DNA of 53,033 nt from Pseudobacteriovorax sp. (GTDB lineage: Bacteria; Bdellovibrionota_B; Oligoflexia; Oligoflexales; Oligoflexaceae), in the NCBI GenBank assembly GCA_050293845.1, contig JBNKNM010000018.1, positions 1-53,033 on the forward strand, given 5' to 3'. The translations under genes and the position numbers were made by a program. Numbering within the stretch: the first letter of the stretch is position 1; each line of letters begins with the position of its first letter. Of this stretch, positions 46,210-53,033 are shown one piece after another. The notes under the pieces were generated by a model. It saw nothing but the letters and a program-made list of their open reading frames with translations. It was not told the origin of the DNA and made no database searches.

Positions 46210-47679
46210 ATGTCCTTTAAAAGAGAAGAAAAACAATCATATGATTTGGTAATCATCGGCAGCGGTCCCGCCGGAGTCAATGCTTCTATTCAAGCGCGAA
46301 AGCTCGGAAAATCTGCTGTAATCATAGAGAAAAATCCAGAAAATCTCGGCGGTGCTTGGATTCACACAGGGACGATACCATCTAAAACATTCCGTGAAGT
46401 CCTGGCTGCTATTCGCGCCATTGATAGGCACGTTGGCAGTCATTGGGTGCAGCGCTTAGTTGGCAACTTATCCACACGTCATTTAAAGTCAAGAGCCGAT
46501 GAGGTTTCCCAAGATGAAGAAAATTTGCTGATCCGCCAACTAGATCATTATGGAGTAGATATAATCAGAGGTTGCGGATTTATTGAGAATCGTCATTCCG
46601 TACGTATAAATACTGATCACAAGCAAAGTAAAACGATCGATGCGCAGGTTATCATGGTAGCAACAGGCTCCCGACCGAGACGGCCCCCCAATATTCCCTT
46701 CGATGGCTGGCGTATTGTCGATTCAGATGAAATTTTATCCCTCGAGCAGATTCCGAATTCTATCCTAGTATTTGGCGCTGGGGTCATAGGTTGCGAATAT
46801 GCTTGTATATTCAGTGCACTAGGAGCAAAGACTACAATAGTTGATGCGCGGCAGCGGATCATGCAGGCTTCAGACCGCGAAATATCCGAAGAACTAAAAA
46901 GCTCGATGGAAAACATGGGGGTTAGCTTCAAGTTAGGTTATGAGCTTGATCAGATTTATTTTAAAGGCCCTCAAGTCATATGTGACTTCAAGCAAGAAAC
47001 CATAGTATCGGATCTGTTTTTTTTCTCTGCAGGAAGAGAATCTTCTAGCAATCATATTGGACTGGAGAAGGTCGGAGTCAAAACCAATACCCGAGGGGCT
47101 ATTACTGTAAATCGTCACTTTCAAACCGAGATTGAAAACATCTATGCTGTTGGCGACGTTATCGGGCCCCCAGCCCTGGCTTGCACATCAGCGGAACAAG
47201 GTCGCATCGCTGCTTGTCATGCCTTTGGAAAATCTGTATGTGGCTTTCCATCGATTTTCCCTATGGGAGTCTACACGATTCCTGAAATGTCATCTGTTGG
47301 CAAAACGGAAGAAGAGCTACAGGAGGAGGGGGCTAGCTATGTTGTTGGCAAAGCACATTATGATGAAATAGCCCGCGGTTACATCCGTGGTGATCACTTT
47401 GGACTGCTCAAGATCATAGTTTGTAAGAAGACACAAAAGATCCTTGGCATCCACATCGTTGGCGCCGACGCGGCAAATCTTGTCCATATTGGGCAATGCT
47501 TTATGATGACAGGGTTTCCCATTCAACGGATTGTCGAAGAAGTCATATTCAACTACCCGACGTTAGCCGAAGCCTACAAAATAGCAGCTGCCCAGGCCTT
47601 AAAGGAACTCCATAGTGAAGCTAATGATCCTGCTGAGCAAAGTGAACCTACCTTACACAAGCATCATACGGCCGCTTAA
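46210..47679 (+). CDS. sthA: Soluble (Si-specific) pyridine nucleotide transhydrogenase
   Basis: IGSGPAG, GTIPSKT, GAGVIGCEYA, GVYTIPEMS and FNYPTLAEAYK (YPT rather than the HPT of Lpd). Confidence 0.88.
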   Translation: MSFKREEKQSYDLVIIGSGPAGVNASIQARKLGKSAVIIEKNPENLGGAWIHTGTIPSKTFREVLAAIRAIDRHVGSHWVQRLVGNLSTRHLKSRADEVSQDEENLLIRQLDHYGVDIIRGCGFIENRHSVRINTDHKQSKTIDAQVIMVATGSRPRRPPNIPFDGWRIVDSDEILSLEQIPNSILVFGAGVIGCEYACIFSALGAKTTIVDARQRIMQASDREISEELKSSMENMGVSFKLGYELDQIYFKGPQVICDFKQETIVSDLFFFSAGRESSSNHIGLEKVGVKTNTRGAITVNRHFQTEIENIYAVGDVIGPPALACTSAEQGRIAACHAFGKSVCGFPSIFPMGVYTIPEMSSVGKTEEELQEEGASYVVGKAHYDEIARGYIRGDHFGLLKIIVCKKTQKILGIHIVGADAANLVHIGQCFMMTGFPIQRIVEEVIFNYPTLAEAYKIAAAQALKELHSEANDPAEQSEPTLHKHHTAA

Positions 47680-47873
47680 GAATCACTTTGTTGCTTCTCC
47701 GTTACTGGGATAGAGGGTTGCTGATCTTTGTGTTCCTCCATACGCTGTTTTGAAGAGGACCACGCCACAAAAAAAATCAAAGCAGATCCCATAATTAAAC
47801 CCATGAGTACGACAAGACCAAACTGTAGTTTTTGCTGCCGCTGTAATGGCTTCATATCAGGCTTTACACTCAT
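47676..47873 (-). CDS. Small single-pass membrane protein
   Basis: 65 aa with one TM (FGLVVLMGLIMGSALIFFVAW); ATGA overlap with the rsmI stop suggests coupling. Confidence 0.55.
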   Translation of the reverse strand: MSVKPDMKPLQRQQKLQFGLVVLMGLIMGSALIFFVAWSSSKQRMEEHKDQQPSIPVTEKQQSDS

Positions 47874-48721
47874 AGATTTTCCTTTATATTAACAAGTAAA
47901 TTATAGAGGTCAGCCCGGGACAATCCGCAGTCCTTGTATCGCTTTAGCAACTCCTTAAAACGCGCCCCTCCTTGCAATTCCTCTTTTAAAACCTGTTCAA
48001 GTTCACCATCATCAAGAGGTTCTGAGGATGCATGAGACGCTAAAGAGGAGATCATCACAGCCACCTCACCCTTAAGACTTTGATGAGAATCACACCAGTC
48101 TAAGGCACTAGCTATGGGAAGCATCAGCAGTTCCTCGTGAAGCTTTGTCATTTCCCGACCAATGGCGACCTTTGCCTTGCCATGCTGCCTTGCGATCATG
48201 GCAAGCGACTTTTTCAAGCGCCGGGTCGACTCATAAAACACTACTGCACCACGACTTCCCCGCCAAGATATGATTTCGTCTTCAAGGGCTTTATCCTTAT
48301 GGGGTAAAAAACCAATGAAAGTAAAACGATCACAGGGCAGACCTGAACAGGAAACCAGAGCTACCGATGCCGAAGGCCCTGGAACGGGAATGACTTTCAC
48401 CCCGCGTTCATAGGCTGCAGAAATGAGTCGGTAACCAGGGTCGGAAATACAGGGGGTTCCTGCATCAGAAATCAACGCGATACATATGTTCTCGCTGATG
48501 ATGCGTTCGATAATTAGAGGAGCTTTCTCTAGCTCAACATGATCAAAATAGCTAATAATCTCTTTTTTTTCTATGCCAATATGATTCAGTAACTGCTTAG
48601 CCCTGCGGGTATCTTCAGCAGCGATCAAGTCGACATTAGCCAGGGTTTTTTGCGCTCTCAGGCTAAGGTCGTCGAGGTTCCCAATAGGGGTTCCTACAAC
48701 ATAAATTGCGGTTCGATCCAT
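47870..48721 (-). CDS. rsmI: 16S rRNA C1402 2'-O-methyltransferase
   Basis: VGTPIGNLDDLS, AAEDTR, ISDAGTPCISDPG, PGPSA and REMTKLHEE. Confidence 0.95.
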   Translation of the reverse strand: MDRTAIYVVGTPIGNLDDLSLRAQKTLANVDLIAAEDTRRAKQLLNHIGIEKKEIISYFDHVELEKAPLIIERIISENICIALISDAGTPCISDPGYRLISAAYERGVKVIPVPGPSASVALVSCSGLPCDRFTFIGFLPHKDKALEDEIISWRGSRGAVVFYESTRRLKKSLAMIARQHGKAKVAIGREMTKLHEELLMLPIASALDWCDSHQSLKGEVAVMISSLASHASSEPLDDGELEQVLKEELQGGARFKELLKRYKDCGLSRADLYNLLVNIKENL

Positions 48722-49029
48722 GGAAACTTCTCATGTCAATCAAACATATCTAGAGAACCCAACATATAAGCTTATAACGCAAATGGAAAGAAGTATTTAC
48801 AGTGTCATTATGACGGTTCTCTACCTTATTTTGGGAGCACATAACTTTCACTACGAACTATAAACATGTTGAAAGGATTTTAAGATTCATATAGACCCAA
48901 ATTATCTCCATTGGAGTGAAGCCGCCAGATGACGGTATACCCCTGATAACATTTATCAGGGAGAGTGTTAGCATAGCTAACAATTTCTCATCTTATAGGG
49001 CTAGCTTGCTTTTGTAATGCTAGCCGACC

Positions 49030-49216
49030 TGGGATGTGCCAGGCGCATTGGTTGATGCAGGAGAACCGATATAATAGACTAGGGAGCCTGGATCCAACCG
49101 TGGTGTGCAAGCCCCCCGCAACGCGAAGGGGGACGCCAAAAGCGCTTGGGAAGGCACCCACCTGAATGAGTGGTGGGTTCCCCTAGCTAATCATTACGTC
49201 TTTATGGTGCATCCCA
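49030..49216 (+). ncRNA. ssrS: 6S RNA
   Basis: About 187-nt rod. 5' TGGGATGTGCCA pairs with 3' TGGTGCATCCCA and AGGAGAACC pairs with GGTTCCCCT. A-rich central bubble ending in GGGAG, the typical GGCACCCACCTG element, and a GC-rich apical stem. Confidence 0.85.
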
Positions 49217-49357
49217 TCCCTCCCTCACCAGCCCAAACTATCCAAGAAGCGCCTCCGCCCATCGTGGATGTCAGCTTCCTAAATAAACACCTTGTCAATA
49301 AACAGCTAAATCTGCTTAATAGGGACAACAAAAGACCTAGCGTAAAACGAGGTAGTC

Positions 49358-50557
49358 ATGGAAGTTTCAAAAAAAATATCTGCCATAAAACCATCACCGA
49401 CCGTCGCTCTTAATGGCAAGGCCAAAGAACTTGCGAGAAAAGGAGAAAAGGTCTTCAATTTTTCTGTGGGAGAACCAGATTATACGACCCACAAAGATAT
49501 TATTGACTCTGCTATCCAAGCGTTGCAACAATCTCAAACAAAGTATGGACCAGCAGGGGGGGGACCCCAACTGAAACAAGCGATTATAGACAAGCTAAAA
49601 CGTGATAATGGTCTATCTTTTGAAGAAAGTCAGATTGTCGTTGGAACAGGCGCTAAGGAAATTCTCTTCCACCTGTTTCTATCATTGTTGAATGACGGTG
49701 ATGAAGTCCTTATTCCAGCTCCCTACTGGGTTAGTTATACAGCACAAGTTGAAATCGCAGGTGGCAAGCCGGTTATTATTCCAATGCCAGAAAATCATCA
49801 CGAGGCGAGGCTAACACCGGAAAAAATAAAGCCATATGTTACCGCCAGAACTAAGGCTATCGTTCTCACTTCTCCCAATAATCCAGCCGGATACATCCTA
49901 AAAAAAGCAGAACTGGAAGCCTTAGGCGATTATTTTAAAGACCAAAATTTTTGGGTTATCGCGGACGAAATATACGAATACATGGCCTATACTGCAGAGC
50001 ACCACTCTATCGCAAGCTTAGTTCCTAATCTAAAAGATAGATATATCCTAGTAAATGGCATGTCCAAAGGATACGCAATGACAGGTTGGAGAGTGGGTTA
50101 CCTAGCTGCCCCTAACCCCATTGCAAAAATGGTCCGGGTACTACAGACACAATCGTCAACCTGTCTCCCTCCCTTCGTAGAGGCTGCAGCTACTGAAGCC
50201 CTCCGCCGAGGCCCTTCTTTAATGGCTGACAAAATAGCCTTGTTAGAAAACAGAAAAAATTTAGCCGTTGAGTTGATCAATTCCATAGAAGATGTCAGTA
50301 TGATCCCACCTGAAGGTGCGTTTTACATCTTTGTGGATATTAGATCTGCTCTCAGTAAAGCTCAAGGTTACCAGAATAATAATTCTGTAAAGTTCAGCGG
50401 CTTCTTATTGGAGAAGTATCACGTAGCTATGGTACCTGGAGAGGCCTTTGGCGTGCCAGGTTTTCTGCGATTGAGTTACGCAACTAGCAATGATGAGCTC
50501 AAAGAAGGACTCCGCCGGTTAGCGCAAGCTCTTCAAGATATAAAGAAGGAAAGTTAG
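49358..50557 (+). CDS. Class I PLP-dependent aminotransferase (aspartate aminotransferase-like)
   Basis: VGEPD, PAPYWVSY, SPNNPAG, DEIYE, NGMSKGYAMTGWRVGY, PEGAFY and LRLSYA. Confidence 0.92.
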   Translation: MEVSKKISAIKPSPTVALNGKAKELARKGEKVFNFSVGEPDYTTHKDIIDSAIQALQQSQTKYGPAGGGPQLKQAIIDKLKRDNGLSFEESQIVVGTGAKEILFHLFLSLLNDGDEVLIPAPYWVSYTAQVEIAGGKPVIIPMPENHHEARLTPEKIKPYVTARTKAIVLTSPNNPAGYILKKAELEALGDYFKDQNFWVIADEIYEYMAYTAEHHSIASLVPNLKDRYILVNGMSKGYAMTGWRVGYLAAPNPIAKMVRVLQTQSSTCLPPFVEAAATEALRRGPSLMADKIALLENRKNLAVELINSIEDVSMIPPEGAFYIFVDIRSALSKAQGYQNNNSVKFSGFLLEKYHVAMVPGEAFGVPGFLRLSYATSNDELKEGLRRLAQALQDIKKES

Positions 50558-50562
50558 ACCTT

Positions 50563-51630
50563 ATGACACAGGTTGAGTTACAAGATATCGAAAAACAAGT
50601 GGATGTAGTGAGAGAGCAGTTCAACCAAGCCAAGGAGGGGTTTTCCCAAGACCCGAACCCTGTTCGCATTGAGGATCTGCGCGTTCAATTTCTAGGACGA
50701 AAAGGGTTAGTAACAAAACTGATGGAATCCATGCGCAACGTAGCAAAAGACGATCGGCCTCAAGTCGGTAAAATTGTCAATCTGCTGCGTCAAGAGATCG
50801 AATCTTCCATCGACAGTCTCAAGTCGGCAGCAGAGCTATACAAGCTAGAACAAAATCTTTCTGGTAAGAAGCTGGATGTGACCTTGCCCATAGGCAGGAA
50901 ACAGCAAGGTTCCTTGCATCCTGTCACACTCATGCGTCGGATACTTCTTAATGAGTTCAGACACCTTGGATTTACTGTCTATGACGGACCAGAAATTGAC
51001 CTCGATATCTACAACTTTTCCTCCCTAAATTTCAAAGATGATCATCCTGCCCGCGACATGCAGGATACATTTTTTGTAAAAGGTTATCCCAAAACAGTTT
51101 TGCGAACTCATACATCGAACATTCAAATCCACGCGATGTTGAATGAAAAGCCACCTATGAAAATTGTGGCCCCAGGTCGCACCTATCGTTGCGATTCAGA
51201 CCTCACCCATACTCCCATGTTTCACCAAATTGAAGGGTTCGTCGTTGATCAAAGCATTTCCATGGGCGATATGAAAGGGGTTTTTGACACCTTTTTAAAG
51301 GCGATTTTTGGTGCTGATTTACAAACTAGGTTGCGGCCTAGTTACTTCCCTTTTGTAGAACCAGGGGGCGAGGTTGATTTGCAATGCGTTAGCTGCCGTG
51401 GCCAGGGTTGCCGTATCTGCAGTCACACGGGCTGGATAGAGATAGGTGGACTCGGTATGATCCATCCAAACGTTTTTGAGGCTGTTGAACTCGACAGCGA
51501 AAAATATACCGGTTTTGCCTTTGGTTTTGGTATTGATCGTATTGCTATGCTACGTTACGGGCTCCAAGATTTGCGACAATTGTTTGAAGGGAATCAACAA
51601 TTCTTAGGACAGTTCCCCGTTCATTCCTGA
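50563..51630 (+). CDS. pheS: Phenylalanine-tRNA ligase alpha subunit
   Basis: HPARDMQDTF, LRTHTS, HTPMFHQIEG, RPSYFPFVEP and GFAFGFGIDR. Confidence 0.97.
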   Translation: MTQVELQDIEKQVDVVREQFNQAKEGFSQDPNPVRIEDLRVQFLGRKGLVTKLMESMRNVAKDDRPQVGKIVNLLRQEIESSIDSLKSAAELYKLEQNLSGKKLDVTLPIGRKQQGSLHPVTLMRRILLNEFRHLGFTVYDGPEIDLDIYNFSSLNFKDDHPARDMQDTFFVKGYPKTVLRTHTSNIQIHAMLNEKPPMKIVAPGRTYRCDSDLTHTPMFHQIEGFVVDQSISMGDMKGVFDTFLKAIFGADLQTRLRPSYFPFVEPGGEVDLQCVSCRGQGCRICSHTGWIEIGGLGMIHPNVFEAVELDSEKYTGFAFGFGIDRIAMLRYGLQDLRQLFEGNQQFLGQFPVHS

Positions 51631-51669
51631 AACACTTGGTTAAAATGAATTACTATTGAGATAGTCACT

Positions 51670-53033
51670 ATGAAAATACCCTTAAACTGGATAAAACAAT
51701 ATGTAGATCTTGAGGAGTACTCTGTTCAAGAAATCGCAGACACCCTTACTAATTTGGGTCTGGAAGTTGAATCTGTCGAAGCGATCTCTCTCCTAGATGA
51801 CAAAGTTGTTGTTGGCAAGATACTGGCGGCTGAACCCCATCCTAATGCAGAAAAACTGCAGGTTTGCAATGTCGATGTTGGTGCGAAACAACCACTCACA
51901 ATCGTCTGTGGCGCCCCCAACGCCAGGGAGGGACTACTTGTGGCTACAGCGCAAGTCGGAGCGGTTCTTCCTGGGGCTTTTAAAATAAAAGCAAGTAAAA
52001 TTCGCGGCGAAAAATCTTCTGGCATGCTTTGCTCCGCAAAAGAACTGGGGATTGGCACAGAAGACGATGGAATTATTGAACTCGAAAGCAACTCCGATTT
52101 GGGAACCCCCCTAAACCAGCTCTACAAACTTAACGATACCATTTTTGAAATAGGGCTAACCCCAAACCGTAGCGATTGTCTAGGCTACATCGGAGTGGCC
52201 CGTGACTTGGCAGCTAAGTTAAAAAAGCCATTACGCATACCCTTAATTCCTGAAGATTTCGGGGACAGTACCCTGGATACACAGTCTATGGTTAAGGTGG
52301 ACATCGTAGATAATGAGGCCTGTGGTCGTTTTACAGCGCTTTATGTGGAAAATGTTAAAACTATCGCATCTCCCCTGTGGCTGCAGAGATTTATCGAAAA
52401 TGCAGGCATGCGATCCATTAATTTAGTCGTCGATGTTACCAACTTTGTCATGCTGGAGACCGCACAGCCTATCCATGCCTATGATCTGAGGGATATAGAA
52501 GGGGGCGTCATCAGGGTACGCCTTGCCCAGGACGGTGAAACACTTACGACCCTAGACGGTCAAGAAAGAAAGCTTCAGTCTCAAGATATTGTTATTGCCG
52601 ATGAAAAAAAGGCTGTCGGCCTTGCAGGTGTCATGGGTGGAGAAAATAGTGAAGTTAAAAGCGATACCTCTGCCATTGTTATCGAAGTCGCTCACTTTAA
52701 TCCTATAGCTGTACGAAAAACTGCCAAACTTCATAATATTCATTCGGAAGCTTCCCATCGCTTCGAGCGGGGGATCGATATTTCTAACACAGCTTATGTG
52801 GCACAACGGGTGGCGCAGCTACTGGTACAATGCCTCAAGGAGCAAGACCCCGCTACTGCTGTGCGCACCGCAGGAACGATAATAGATATCTACCCGCAGG
52901 CGCTGATCCCTGCAAAAATAGCCTTACGTACGGATCGCCTACGCAAGCTCACAGGTATTCGCTCTATAACTCAATCAGAATGTATCGATTATTTACAAGG
53001 GTTGGGGTTTAAATTTCTAGATAAAACCGAAGA
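51670..53033 (+). CDS. pheT: Phenylalanine-tRNA ligase beta subunit (5' part, runs off the window end)
   Basis: Not in the ORF track because it has no stop in the window. Translation from ATG 51670 gives MKIPLNWIKQYV...GLEVE, HPNAEKL, IVCGAPN, SSGMLCS, LTPNRSDCLG, INLVVDVTN, LAGVMGG and SHRFERG. Confidence 0.95.
   Translation, partial: MKIPLNWIKQYVDLEEYSVQEIADTLTNLGLEVESVEAISLLDDKVVVGKILAAEPHPNAEKLQVCNVDVGAKQPLTIVCGAPNAREGLLVATAQVGAVLPGAFKIKASKIRGEKSSGMLCSAKELGIGTEDDGIIELESNSDLGTPLNQLYKLNDTIFEIGLTPNRSDCLGYIGVARDLAAKLKKPLRIPLIPEDFGDSTLDTQSMVKVDIVDNEACGRFTALYVENVKTIASPLWLQRFIENAGMRSINLVVDVTNFVMLETAQPIHAYDLRDIEGGVIRVRLAQDGETLTTLDGQERKLQSQDIVIADEKKAVGLAGVMGGENSEVKSDTSAIVIEVAHFNPIAVRKTAKLHNIHSEASHRFERGIDISNTAYVAQRVAQLLVQCLKEQDPATAVRTAGTIIDIYPQALIPAKIALRTDRLRKLTGIRSITQSECIDYLQGLGFKFLDKTE

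Noticed and set aside
48783..48863. 26-aa hydrophobic mini-ORF MERSIYSVIMTVLYLILGAHNFHYEL as a type I toxin
   Set aside because: No SD and no visible antisense partner; an ORF this short is expected by chance.
48722..49357. RNase P RNA (often next to rsmI) or tmRNA
   Set aside because: I found no GAGGAAAGTCC or ACCCGGCTTA elements and no tRNA-like GGTTCGA...CCACCA end; the structured part fits 6S RNA.
49105..49413. 102-aa plus-strand ORF
   Set aside because: It overlaps the 6S RNA and the aminotransferase start, and has no recognisable motif.
674..53012. Numerous 60-156 aa ORFs antisense to or nested in assigned genes (e.g. 7465-7866, 23544-23993, 35349-35819, 51726-52091)
   Set aside because: They are shadow frames of well-supported genes and show no motifs of their own.

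Overview
A dense, mostly housekeeping bacterial chromosome segment of moderate GC. Gene content and order suggest a Bdellovibrionota/Oligoflexia-like or other former 'deltaproteobacterial' genome (inference). Left to right: an APC amino-acid permease with USP-like C-terminal domains; a complete trpEGDCFBA operon; an HI0933-family flavoprotein; a menaquinone operon menG-F-D-A-C-E without menB or menH, divergent from a polyprenyl synthase and a GbsR/MarR regulator; an unusual lipoprotein-7TM sensor with a pseudo-receiver and an RsbW-like ATPase; an uup-pfkA-hotdog thioesterase group; a beta-barrel gene with a candidate sigma54 promoter; an extended pilMNOPQ operon (long acidic PilQ with a lipobox, Cys-rich lipoprotein, TPR protein, aroQ, ParA, pgeF); cystathionine beta-synthase and a cNMP-binding protein; a MinD-like ATPase / J-like-HTH / rluD / LD-peptidase-NTF2 / DsbA run ending in a 777-aa membrane protein; then sthA, rsmI, a 6S RNA, an aminotransferase, pheS and a partial pheT. 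The most striking element is the 777-aa protein (38089-40422). It looks like a natural FliF-like/FliG fusion outside any flagellar locus, with degenerate switch motifs and charge-reversed torque-helix residues, and is a candidate rotor of an undescribed motor or ring complex. No tRNA, rRNA, CRISPR array or mobile element was seen. All calls come from motif recognition by eye, with no database searches.
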